The notes under the pieces were generated by a model. The model did no database searches, was not told where the DNA came from, and was given only the letters and a program-made list of their open reading frames with translations. From positions 25,744 to 89,743 of the IMG/VR virus record IMGVR_UViG_3300032224_000903: a stretch of DNA of 64,000 bases; one strand, 5' to 3'. Every line of letters begins with the position of its first letter. The stretch's first letter is position 1. The stretch is from a virus. Its lineage: Duplodnaviria > Caudoviricetes. Both the position numbers and the translations under genes were made by a program. Of this stretch, positions 40,436 to 49,241 are shown piece by piece.

Positions 40436-40702
40436 ATGGCGGGACAATCACAAAACGGGACAGACGTATTTTTTACTAAATTAAAAGAACAATCATTTAC
40501 CATCATTTTATTGGTGGGTATATTGTATTATCAAAACGTCAATTTTAACAATCAAATTAATGAATATAAAAAAATGGTTGATGAGAAGGAAACATTAGTT
40601 TTAAAATTAACCGACGATGAAAGAACGAGACTACTTGAAAGAACCAAATATCTTCAAGAACAAAGGGATAAGTATGTTGAAGAATTAATAAAAAATAAAT
40701 AA
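40436..40702 (+). CDS. Single-TM coiled-coil protein
   Basis: FTIILLVGILYY followed by a heptad region. Confidence 0.65.
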   Translation: MAGQSQNGTDVFFTKLKEQSFTIILLVGILYYQNVNFNNQINEYKKMVDEKETLVLKLTDDERTRLLERTKYLQEQRDKYVEELIKNK

Positions 40703-40708
40703 AATAAT

Positions 40709-41011
40709 ATGATAAAAGAACAAATTCCTACAGGGTGGCAAGGTGGCTTTCCATCTGAAAAACAAAAGAAAATGTTATATCCTACTACGGATTTAACTTC
40801 ATTACCTATGTTGGGTAATATGGATAATATCAATTTACTACAAAGACAATGGGGTGTTAAATGGCCAATGTTTAGTTGGAATACCCTAAATGGGGAAAAA
40901 GACCCAAAACGTTGTTATGTACAATTTGCTCCTTATATTTCAAGAATAGGATATACCAATGAAGGTAGAATTTATTCCATAATCTGTCCTCAACAAGGGA
41001 TGTGGATTTGA
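40709..41011 (+). CDS. N-terminal part of a probably single gene interrupted by an in-frame TGA
   Basis: Ends ICPQQGMWI-TGA; the frame continues DEICIN directly into 41030. Confidence 0.6.
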   Translation: MIKEQIPTGWQGGFPSEKQKKMLYPTTDLTSLPMLGNMDNINLLQRQWGVKWPMFSWNTLNGEKDPKRCYVQFAPYISRIGYTNEGRIYSIICPQQGMWI

Positions 41012-41029
41012 GATGAGATTTGTATCAAT

Positions 41030-41782
41030 GTGGAAGTAACAGTTACGGGACAAAGAGGATGGGTTAATGAAGACACAAAAGAAATTGCGGCAGATATGAT
41101 GGTAGAGGGAAAAATTTGGTTAACACCAGGTGAAAATCAAGGTGGTCTATTAAGAGCAATTTGGCCATTATTAAAGTACAGTTCTCGTAAATACCCTATT
41201 GACAAAGAGAATGCTATTCGTGTTGGAACATATCTACCAGGAAATCCTAAACAACCTATATTTCAACTTGGAAAGGGTTTATCTCCAAGATTTAAAAATC
41301 CACAATTTGCTGTACAGGAAGAAGCATTTACAACAGGACATATCAATGTAGAAATAGGAGGAATAATTCCTACAAACGATGACAAACTAGATAAGTTTAA
41401 TCAATACTTTTTAGACATCTTTAACTTAGGAACGGGTAATATGTTACAAAAGGGTAATGTATTATCTTGGAATTTATTTTTTGATTCACCTGAATTGGTT
41501 TCAATTCCTGAATGGCAAAATCACGCTGACTATTGGCGTACTTCTATAGGTGCTCATCACGGTTCACCAGGTGGTGAGGGAACAAGTCCAAGATATTTTG
41601 ATGGAACATATTTTGACACTAAAAATTTCGCCATTAAAGAGGTTATTAAGGAAATTTTAAATCACGTCGTAAAAAACTCCACATTGAGGAAGGGTTTAAT
41701 ATTACTTGTAGAATATTGTCCTAAAACAATATTTGATATATTTTTAAAGAAGGGTGACCAATCTAAAACAAAAACAATATGA
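41030..41782 (+). CDS. C-terminal part of the same interrupted gene (hypothetical protein)
   Basis: Same frame as 40709, separated only by TGA plus 6 sense codons. Confidence 0.6.
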   Translation: MEVTVTGQRGWVNEDTKEIAADMMVEGKIWLTPGENQGGLLRAIWPLLKYSSRKYPIDKENAIRVGTYLPGNPKQPIFQLGKGLSPRFKNPQFAVQEEAFTTGHINVEIGGIIPTNDDKLDKFNQYFLDIFNLGTGNMLQKGNVLSWNLFFDSPELVSIPEWQNHADYWRTSIGAHHGSPGGEGTSPRYFDGTYFDTKNFAIKEVIKEILNHVVKNSTLRKGLILLVEYCPKTIFDIFLKKGDQSKTKTI

Positions 41783-42522
41783 CAAAAAACGAAATACTAT
41801 ATAATGTTGGTTTAACTGACAAAGTATACTCAGAACAAAAAGACATTGATTTTAAAGCACAAAGGTTAAAATTAATTAAATGGATTGACGATAAAAAATC
41901 AGATACACAAGGATTTGTTGCAACAAAAGATAATACAATTTATATTGTATGGAGAGGAAGTTCTTCTAAAAAAGATTTCCAAAACGACGCATCGGTTGAT
42001 AAAGTTCCTTTTGTTGAAAAAGGTGAAAAAGTCCATATTGGATTTAAAACTTGTTGGGATGCTGTTAAGGATGAAACATATAAAGCATTAGATATTGCAC
42101 TTAAAAACTTGGGTCAAGAACATTCAATTGATAATATTGTTGTTTGTGGTCATAGTTTAGGTGCTGCCATTTCTACGTTATGTGCTTATGAGATTTATTC
42201 AATTTATAAATCAAATAAAATTATATGTTGTACCATTGGTAGTCCAAGAGTTGGTAATAAAGTATTCAAACAAAACTTTGATAAATCACCGATTGAATCA
42301 TTAAGGATTGTTCATAATTTAGATGTCGTTACTCGTGCCCCATCAATTGGGTATGCACATGTTAATACCGAATTACGTATTGATGATGAGGGTAAAATCA
42401 AAAAATGGATGATTGATTGGCAAAGAGTTGGTGAGTATATTAAAGCAGTATTTACAGGTAAGACGGCTAAAGACCATATGACAAATAACTATATAAGTGC
42501 TTTGAATAAATGGAACCCTTAA
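41779..42522 (+). CDS. Lipase class 3 (alpha/beta hydrolase)
   Basis: IVWRGS, VHIGF, VCGHSLGAA nucleophile elbow, GSPRVGN, DVVTRAP, DH. Confidence 0.92.
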   Translation: MTKNEILYNVGLTDKVYSEQKDIDFKAQRLKLIKWIDDKKSDTQGFVATKDNTIYIVWRGSSSKKDFQNDASVDKVPFVEKGEKVHIGFKTCWDAVKDETYKALDIALKNLGQEHSIDNIVVCGHSLGAAISTLCAYEIYSIYKSNKIICCTIGSPRVGNKVFKQNFDKSPIESLRIVHNLDVVTRAPSIGYAHVNTELRIDDEGKIKKWMIDWQRVGEYIKAVFTGKTAKDHMTNNYISALNKWNP

Positions 42523-42531
42523 AAAAAATAT

Positions 42532-43251
42532 ATGAAAAAATTATTTATATTATTAAGCGTTTGTTTAGTAGGTCTTGTTGCAAATAGTCAAACAATTGGT
42601 AAAACTAAGACAGAGTCTTATCAAGCGGACTTTGAAAAGAAAAGAGACATAAGTGCTTACATGGACTACGATGGTCCTCAAATACCTATTCAAATCCTTA
42701 AATGTGGTATATCTGATGAAATGTATGAGATGTATCCCGAACTTAAAGAAAAAAGAGTAGGTTTAGGGGTTGCGAATATTTCAATGGAATACCTTGAAAA
42801 CCTAAACAGATTTAAATTTACTGAGGATAAGACAGAAATTAAGAATAGAATGGTAAAACAATTCCAAGCATCTGCTGCAGGTATTTCTGAGAACAAATTA
42901 GACGGACGTGGTAAAATTAATTTAGCGAAGTATTTCGTCACTATTGAGTGTTATGACTACTCGGTGTCAGAAGATGAAACCATCAACCTAAAAGACGGTA
43001 TTAAAGACAATATGGTAACTCGTATCGGTCTTCAAGTTAGATTTACAGACGCTGAGACAGGTGTCTTGTTTGGTGGGTCAGGTTTAGGTGAGGCAACTAC
43101 AAAAAGAGAATTAACTTTTTTATCTGACGCAACAATTGACCCTATTAAGTTCAATCAATCAACAATTAGTATTGCGACGAAAAAAGCTTTAGATATTGCA
43201 TGTGCTAATATCCTTGATAGAATGATTAAGAAAGGAATATTCACCAAATAA
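42532..43251 (+). CDS. CsgG/HfaB-like secreted protein
   Basis: Signal peptide ANS|Q; NRFKFTEDK, AKYFVTIECYDYS, LQVRFTDAETG, IATKKALDIA. Confidence 0.65.
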   Translation: MKKLFILLSVCLVGLVANSQTIGKTKTESYQADFEKKRDISAYMDYDGPQIPIQILKCGISDEMYEMYPELKEKRVGLGVANISMEYLENLNRFKFTEDKTEIKNRMVKQFQASAAGISENKLDGRGKINLAKYFVTIECYDYSVSEDETINLKDGIKDNMVTRIGLQVRFTDAETGVLFGGSGLGEATTKRELTFLSDATIDPIKFNQSTISIATKKALDIACANILDRMIKKGIFTK

Positions 43252-43274
43252 TACAATAATAATAAGATTTATTT

Positions 43275-43302
43275 AAAAGGAGGTATTATAACCTCCTTTT
43301 TT
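43275..43302 (+). terminator. Intrinsic terminator
   Basis: AAAAGGAGGT-ATTATA-ACCTCCTTTTTT. Confidence 0.75.
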
Positions 43303-43316
43303 AATATTTATAAGGT

Positions 43317-44219
43317 ATGAAACTAATTGAAACAATAAATGACTTTATTGGAGACTTTTTACACGAATGTACCGTTGCGGCCGTTAGACTTGGGGATGGT
43401 ACAGTTTTAGCTAAAAATAGAGATAGAGGGTATAAAGCTAAAATGAATGTGATTCACGAAATTGTTGATGATGTTGAGATAGTTTATTGGCATGATACTG
43501 AAACCGATTGGTCTGAAGGTATGAATGAATATGGTATTGGTATAGTCAATTCAAGTTTAATGGTTAGACAAGACGAAAAAGAAAGTGATAAAGTGGCTAA
43601 GTCAAAAAAAGTTAAAACATCACATGACGGTGAAAAAATGAGACGTGCTTTAAAATTCAAAACATTAAAAGAAGTAATTAAATCGGTGATATCTTATGAA
43701 GGAAGTGATAAAAAAGAAGTTGGTATAAAAGGAGAAACAATTGTTGCAAGTAATAAAAATATCTATATTGTAGAATTAACAAGTAAGGATACACCGGTAG
43801 TGACTAAAGTAGAAAAAGATGAAAAGGTAACAGTTAGAACAAATCACGGAATAGCACATAAAGTTGCGGGTTATACTCATGGTATTAAAAAGAAATCTTC
43901 TCATATGAGAATGCATTATGCTAAAGAACATTTAAAAGATGTTACAACTGACCAAGAAGTTATTGATAGAATGAAAGAACAATATAATAAAAATAAGTTC
44001 TTTAACCCATACAGACGTAAAAACATGTATAACATGCAAACAGTCGGTCAAATAATGATGAACTTAGATAAAAAAGAAGTTACCGTTAGAATGGATAATA
44101 AAATGGGAAAATTTGAAGGAATAATAAATAAACTACCAAAAGATTATACACCAAAAATAAAAATAAAAATCGAGAGTGAAAGAACTCACGATGACAAAAA
44201 AAATAAATTACCTACATAA
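43317..44219 (+). CDS. N-terminal-nucleophile (Ntn) cysteine hydrolase (C45/C59-like)
   Basis: CT at residues 18-19, LAKNRD, EGMNEYGIGI, VRTNH. Confidence 0.72.
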   Translation: MKLIETINDFIGDFLHECTVAAVRLGDGTVLAKNRDRGYKAKMNVIHEIVDDVEIVYWHDTETDWSEGMNEYGIGIVNSSLMVRQDEKESDKVAKSKKVKTSHDGEKMRRALKFKTLKEVIKSVISYEGSDKKEVGIKGETIVASNKNIYIVELTSKDTPVVTKVEKDEKVTVRTNHGIAHKVAGYTHGIKKKSSHMRMHYAKEHLKDVTTDQEVIDRMKEQYNKNKFFNPYRRKNMYNMQTVGQIMMNLDKKEVTVRMDNKMGKFEGIINKLPKDYTPKIKIKIESERTHDDKKNKLPT

Positions 44220-45046
44220 TGAAAACTCTCTCATTTGTATTGTTACTAATCCCAACCTTAATGTTTGGTCAAGTCTCTTCTTGGAGACAAACTGGTGGAA
44301 GTGTTCCATCATCATCACAATCAACTCAACCAAGAATACAACCATCTGTACCACAACAACAAAACAATGTGAGTCAATGGAGAACACAAACTGCGCCGAT
44401 AAGACCTGGTGACAACTTTAACGGACAACCTTTAACAAGAACTTATAAATCTACAACTTATAATCCTTATGGTTTACAATACGGAGTATGGGGATGGTAT
44501 CAACCATATCCTTATATTTGGTATGACAATTACGGATGGAGACAAAGAAGTGTGATTCGTATCTATGAAAACGGAAGAAGAGATACGGTTGCGTCAACAC
44601 CTGTATTATTTTCGGCTGGTGTAGGACATACAAATAACAAACAAATGTCCTATTGGGGGTTGATTGGTGGGAATAAATCATATTTTATTATAGATTATGT
44701 AATGACTTACGCAATAGATCAAAATAGTTATTTTCCATATGGTCAAATTAACAATGTTGATTTCCCATTAAGTAAAAACGATTGGAAAAAAGAATCAACT
44801 TTTTATGTTGGTGGTGGTAAAAGAATTGGTAAAATAGGAATACACGGTATGATAGGATTCGGTAATGAAGTTATTAGATGGCAAGGTAAAGATGCTATTG
44901 GTGGTATATCGTTTCCAAAATCAAATTCATCATTTACAACATTTAAAGTTGGTATTATAAGAGATTTCAAATTTGTTACATTAAAATTAGACACCGACCC
45001 AATAAGAGGATACACACAAATAGCGATAGGATTAAATAATAAATAA
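44219..45046 (+). CDS. Secreted protein with a probable C-terminal outer-membrane beta-barrel
   Basis: Signal peptide MFG|Q; low-complexity Q/P/W/Y N-region; alternating beta strands ending QIAIGLNNK. Confidence 0.55.
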   Translation: MKTLSFVLLLIPTLMFGQVSSWRQTGGSVPSSSQSTQPRIQPSVPQQQNNVSQWRTQTAPIRPGDNFNGQPLTRTYKSTTYNPYGLQYGVWGWYQPYPYIWYDNYGWRQRSVIRIYENGRRDTVASTPVLFSAGVGHTNNKQMSYWGLIGGNKSYFIIDYVMTYAIDQNSYFPYGQINNVDFPLSKNDWKKESTFYVGGGKRIGKIGIHGMIGFGNEVIRWQGKDAIGGISFPKSNSSFTTFKVGIIRDFKFVTLKLDTDPIRGYTQIAIGLNNK

Positions 45047-45780
45047 TGAATATAGATTTTGATTATAAAATATTTGATTTAAAAAATTATTTATCTAAGG
45101 ATGATTTTATAGATTTAGAAAATAAAGTAAACAATTTTGATGTAGATTTAAGTAAAATTAAAAGTACATTGGGGTTTTTATCTTGGTCGGAAAAGGTGCA
45201 AAATAAATTAAAAGAAAAATATAACGATAGATTTAATAATATAATAAAAAATGATTATATAACCTACGAAGATTTTAAAATTCTAAATGATTTAAATAAT
45301 GAAGAAGGATATTACGATGAAGACTATTTTAATTTTTTTTTAACATATGGTAATAGTATATTTAAAGATGTCGGCATATATGAACATATAAGAAATGTTT
45401 ATAAGGGTATTTTAACAGAGTTGTTTAATAAAAAAGTTAAAAAAAATTTTGAAGATACACTTATTGGAAATATAAACATATATCCTAAGGGTTCATTCAT
45501 TAGAAAACATCAAGATAATGATCCTGATGGACAAAGACTATTCACTATTTTATTTTTTTTAAATTCAGATAGAACTTTAGAACAAGGATCATTATTAAAA
45601 TTATATACTAAAGATAGTTTGGTGAACTTTATACCAAATTTTAATAAATGTGTATTAATTGAACACCAAAATTTTAATTATACACATGAAGTTACCCATA
45701 ATTTAGTTGATGATGTTAGGTATTCAATTTATTCCCCATTTACAATAAAAGATTATAAAGAAAAATTAGAAGACGTATAA
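45046..45780 (+). CDS. 2OG-Fe(II) oxygenase, prolyl-4-hydroxylase/EGLN-like (2OG-FeII_Oxy_3)
   Basis: INIYPKGSFIRKHQD, FTILFFLN, PNFNKCVL, HEVT, RYSI. Confidence 0.8.
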   Translation: MNIDFDYKIFDLKNYLSKDDFIDLENKVNNFDVDLSKIKSTLGFLSWSEKVQNKLKEKYNDRFNNIIKNDYITYEDFKILNDLNNEEGYYDEDYFNFFLTYGNSIFKDVGIYEHIRNVYKGILTELFNKKVKKNFEDTLIGNINIYPKGSFIRKHQDNDPDGQRLFTILFFLNSDRTLEQGSLLKLYTKDSLVNFIPNFNKCVLIEHQNFNYTHEVTHNLVDDVRYSIYSPFTIKDYKEKLEDV

Positions 45781-45784
45781 ATTA

Positions 45785-47452
45785 ATGAAAAAATATATTA
45801 TCTCTCTCCTAATATTATTTTTTTGTAGTAAGTCATTTAGTCAAAGTACTATAACACAAACTTACATAGATCCATGTGACAATAAAGTTTACGTGGTTAC
45901 AATTCCATTTGGTCAAAATCAAACAGTTGCGGTTATTAGAGGTAAATCTAAAATAGTTACGTTAGCAGATATGAATAGTGGGGCATTTCAAGTATGGGTA
46001 AACTCGATATTTGCAACACCTTGTCCACAAAACGATGCCATTAGATTAGCACAAGAAGCCGCTGCGAAGGCTGCCGCAGATGCCGCCGCAAAGGCCGCTG
46101 CTGATGCTGCCGCAAAGGCTGCCGCAGATGCCGCTGCGAAGGCGGCTTCGGATGCCGCTGCGAAAGCCGCAGCAAACGCCGCAAGTGGTGCTGCAAGTGG
46201 AGCAGCTTCAAATGCAGCAAGTAGTGCCGCATCAAATGCGGCAAGTTCTGCCGCAAGTGGTGCAGCATCTAATGCTGCAAGTTCTGCTGCAAGTGGTGCC
46301 GCATCATCATCGGCAAGTTCTGCGGCAAGTGGTAGTGCAAGTTCAGCTGCGGCAAGTGCAGCTGCACCTCCTCCTCCTCCACCTCCACCAGCAAGTGCTC
46401 CACCACCTGCAAGTAGTGGATCATCATCTCCACCTCCGGCAAGTGGTGGTTCTTCACAAAGTGGGGGTAGTTCTTCGTCATCCTCAAGTAGTAGTTCATC
46501 GTCAGATAAACCCGCAGAAACAAAACCAGCCGATAAACCGGCAGAAAGTAAATCAGATAAACCTGCGGAACAAAAACAGGAAGAAAAAAAGACAGAATCT
46601 AAAACTGAAGAAAAGAAAGAAGAAAGTAAAACAGAAGAAAAAAAATCAGAAGAAAAGAAAACTGAAGAAAAGAAAGAAGAAAAAAAATCTGAAGAAAAAA
46701 AGGAAGAGAAAAAAGACGAAAAGAAAGATGAGGAGAAAAAGAAAGAGGAAGAAAAGAAAAAGAAAGAGGAAGATAAAAAGAAAAAAGCGGAAGTTACAAA
46801 TCCATTATTATTAGCGTCAGATATTACCGTGGCGGAAGCAACACCGGGATCATATTTGGCATCAATATCGTTAGGTGTTAGTAAATCATCATTAATGGGT
46901 GATGAAAGTTATAGTGGAGGATTGGTGGTTAATAGTAATTTAAGTTCTATAGTAACAACGGGAGGATATACTAAAATGGGTATGAATTCAGATGGTAGTT
47001 TAAATGCAATACATTCATATGGAACGGCATTTGCTTATCTTGCGGGAAATTACATGAATTTGTTAGGATACACTTGGATTAAACCGACACCAAAAAGAGG
47101 TACAATTGGTTATAATGTGGGTGTGATTAATTTATTCCTTAAAAATGATAATGGTGGATTTGATTATAATATGGCATCATCGGCAATTGCATTTTGGACC
47201 AAACCTTATGTCTATTCAAAGAAACTAACAATATCACCACAAGTATTTACGATGTTCTCACCATTGTCTTGGAATAGTGTTACAGGAGTATCTACTGTAA
47301 ACAGACATATGGGATTTTTAGTTGGTAGTTCGTTTGATTATAAATTAAGTAAAAGATTTGGACTTAGTTTTAATTATAAATTGAGTGGAAACACTAAACC
47401 TAATTCAGATTTTTTAAGTAACTTCTTGATTGGTAGTAGAATGGTATTATAA
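45785..47452 (+). CDS. Secreted protein with Ala-, poly-Pro-, Ser- and Glu/Lys-rich linker and a C-terminal barrel-like domain
   Basis: Signal peptide SFS|Q; (AAAKAAAD)n; PPPPPPP; EEKK repeats; amphipathic beta strands at the C-terminus. Confidence 0.7.
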   Translation: MKKYIISLLILFFCSKSFSQSTITQTYIDPCDNKVYVVTIPFGQNQTVAVIRGKSKIVTLADMNSGAFQVWVNSIFATPCPQNDAIRLAQEAAAKAAADAAAKAAADAAAKAAADAAAKAASDAAAKAAANAASGAASGAASNAASSAASNAASSAASGAASNAASSAASGAASSSASSAASGSASSAAASAAAPPPPPPPPASAPPPASSGSSSPPPASGGSSQSGGSSSSSSSSSSSSDKPAETKPADKPAESKSDKPAEQKQEEKKTESKTEEKKEESKTEEKKSEEKKTEEKKEEKKSEEKKEEKKDEKKDEEKKKEEEKKKKEEDKKKKAEVTNPLLLASDITVAEATPGSYLASISLGVSKSSLMGDESYSGGLVVNSNLSSIVTTGGYTKMGMNSDGSLNAIHSYGTAFAYLAGNYMNLLGYTWIKPTPKRGTIGYNVGVINLFLKNDNGGFDYNMASSAIAFWTKPYVYSKKLTISPQVFTMFSPLSWNSVTGVSTVNRHMGFLVGSSFDYKLSKRFGLSFNYKLSGNTKPNSDFLSNFLIGSRMVL

Positions 47453-47484
47453 AAAAATCCTCGAAGTAGAAACTCCGAGGATAT

Positions 47485-47515
47485 GACAAAAAATAAATGT
47501 ACCTCTCTCCTGATA
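47485..47515 (+). repeat. 31-bp imperfect direct repeat, right copy
   Basis: GACAAAAAATAAATGTACCTCTCTCCTGATA. Confidence 0.75.
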
Positions 47516-47539
47516 CAATATAAATTTATTAAAACTTTT

Positions 47540-47878
47540 TTATAAAGTCAATTCTTTATGAAGATTTAATACTTGACTACAAATTTCATAATCTTCATTT
47601 TCTTCAAAGTAAGGTAAAATATCTCTTTTTAAAACAATAGTCTCACTACGATGAAATTCAAATTCAGTATTCCAATCTGCATCTTTAAATTTGGCGGAAA
47701 GTTTTAACGATAAAGATTTTTTTCTTGTGTTTTTAAATTCCTCAAAAATTTCAATTATAGATTTATAAATGTCCTCTTTATTTGGTTCGTAAAAACTTTT
47801 CCAATCCTTATAAACACCATTGATTATCAATTCTTTATAAGGTTTTTTTCTTCTCTTTGGTTGGTTTAGTTCTTCCAT
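47540..47878 (-). CDS. Hypothetical protein
   Basis: ATG ORF; C-terminal EENEDYEICSQV (UVR-like). Confidence 0.65.
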   Translation of the reverse strand: MEELNQPKRRKKPYKELIINGVYKDWKSFYEPNKEDIYKSIIEIFEEFKNTRKKSLSLKLSAKFKDADWNTEFEFHRSETIVLKRDILPYFEENEDYEICSQVLNLHKELTL

Positions 47879-47944
47879 GTGGTATTGGGTTTAGTTAGTT
47901 TAGAAACGAAGATAAAATTAAGTATTTTTATTGATATAAAAAAA

Positions 47945-48439
47945 TTATTCATTATCCATACTTCGATCCCACTTTGCTTTACGAGCTTCAGGGGATAACA
48001 TGTGGATTTCATCAATGGTGTGGTTTATTTGGACTCTAACACAAGTTTGAGGTAATTTACAATTCATTAAGTAATTATTAATATAACCCATCATATTTGC
48101 TGCACCAATAGGGTTTGCCGAGTGGACATATATTTGAGGTAGAGGTATTTTTTCGTTCATACTCTCACTAACCAAATATCTACAACAATCCATTCCCGTT
48201 CTTTCTTCTATGTTGTTGTAATCCAACATATAATTATTTTTTACATTTGTATAGTATTCTACCATAGCACCTTCACCTAAATCATGATCTAAGGATATGA
48301 CTTCAAAATTACCTAAACCATTTAATTTTAATTGTGCAACAAATTCGTCATAATTTCTCACAACAATCCAATCATCATCCACAGGACTTCTTATATCGTC
48401 AAGGTATAATCTCAATCTATTATTAATTTTCACTTTCAA
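47945..48439 (-). CDS. Cyclic-phosphate-processing receiver-like domain protein
   Basis: LYLDDIRSP, ISLDHDLG, TGMDC, VHSANPIGA. Confidence 0.75.
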   Translation of the reverse strand: MKVKINNRLRLYLDDIRSPVDDDWIVVRNYDEFVAQLKLNGLGNFEVISLDHDLGEGAMVEYYTNVKNNYMLDYNNIEERTGMDCCRYLVSESMNEKIPLPQIYVHSANPIGAANMMGYINNYLMNCKLPQTCVRVQINHTIDEIHMLSPEARKAKWDRSMDNE

Positions 48440-49241
48440 TATGTTTTAATATATAATCCGAAATTTTTTTATGACCTTCCACACATGGATGTAAATCTTT
48501 ATATGTATATTCATAGTCTCCGTTGAAAACTTTAGCAACGTCCCCAACATTCAATTTGTTTGTGTTTATAAAATCCATCATACTGTTAAATTCTCCAAAT
48601 TTAACCATATTATCTTTTAATAATTCATCAATTTTTTTTGTTAATAAAATATTATCTCTATTAACTGACCAAGGTATTATTATAAATTTTATTTCAGGAT
48701 TCATTTCTTTTAAAATTTTAAATCTATTAAAACTCTCTTCCCAAAATACATTCTCATCTAATTTACTTAACCATTCTAATGCAACTGAAGATACTTCAAA
48801 GTCATTTTTAGGATCACTAACAAATTTAACAATTTCGTCTATGGTCGATGGAAATCTATTATCATTGTTTATACCGTGTATGTTTTTATCCCACCACCTA
48901 ATAAACCCAACTTCTAAAAAAATATATTTTACATTTTTCATTAGATCGGCAAATTTTTCCACATCTCTATTCAAATACCATAAAGTATCCATTGCATTAC
49001 CACCTATTTGATACTCATGTTTGTCGTGAATATTAAATTCAGTTAAACCTAATTTTTCCGATACTATTTTTGAATATCTATATTTTCTCCAATAACTTTT
49101 ATCTTCCTCATCTCTTGGTAAGGGTTGTTTAAGTCCATTTTCTTTTAACCATTCATGATCATTATATTTTGGTCTCATTTCCAATTCCAAACCTAATCCC
49201 ATGGTTATTGAACCTCCGGCAAATATTGCAATATTTCTCAT
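48423..49241 (-). CDS. SGNH/GDSL-like protein
   Basis: IFAGGSITMG...GGN...DLHPCVEGH. Confidence 0.5.
   Translation of the reverse strand: MRNIAIFAGGSITMGLGLELEMRPKYNDHEWLKENGLKQPLPRDEEDKSYWRKYRYSKIVSEKLGLTEFNIHDKHEYQIGGNAMDTLWYLNRDVEKFADLMKNVKYIFLEVGFIRWWDKNIHGINNDNRFPSTIDEIVKFVSDPKNDFEVSSVALEWLSKLDENVFWEESFNRFKILKEMNPEIKFIIIPWSVNRDNILLTKKIDELLKDNMVKFGEFNSMMDFINTNKLNVGDVAKVFNGDYEYTYKDLHPCVEGHKKISDYILKHIESEN

Noticed and set aside
46041-46814. Alternative-frame ORFs over the 45785 gene (46080-46814, 46041-46268, 46269-46523)
   Set aside because: They are by-products of stop-poor low-complexity GCN/CCN/GAA-AAA repeats.
47497-47510. Similarity of the island repeat (TACCTCTCTCC) to the tRNA-Ser 3' end (TACTCTCTCC) as an integration site
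   Set aside because: The match is about 10 nt and gapped, and the tRNA is not adjacent to either repeat; too weak to support.
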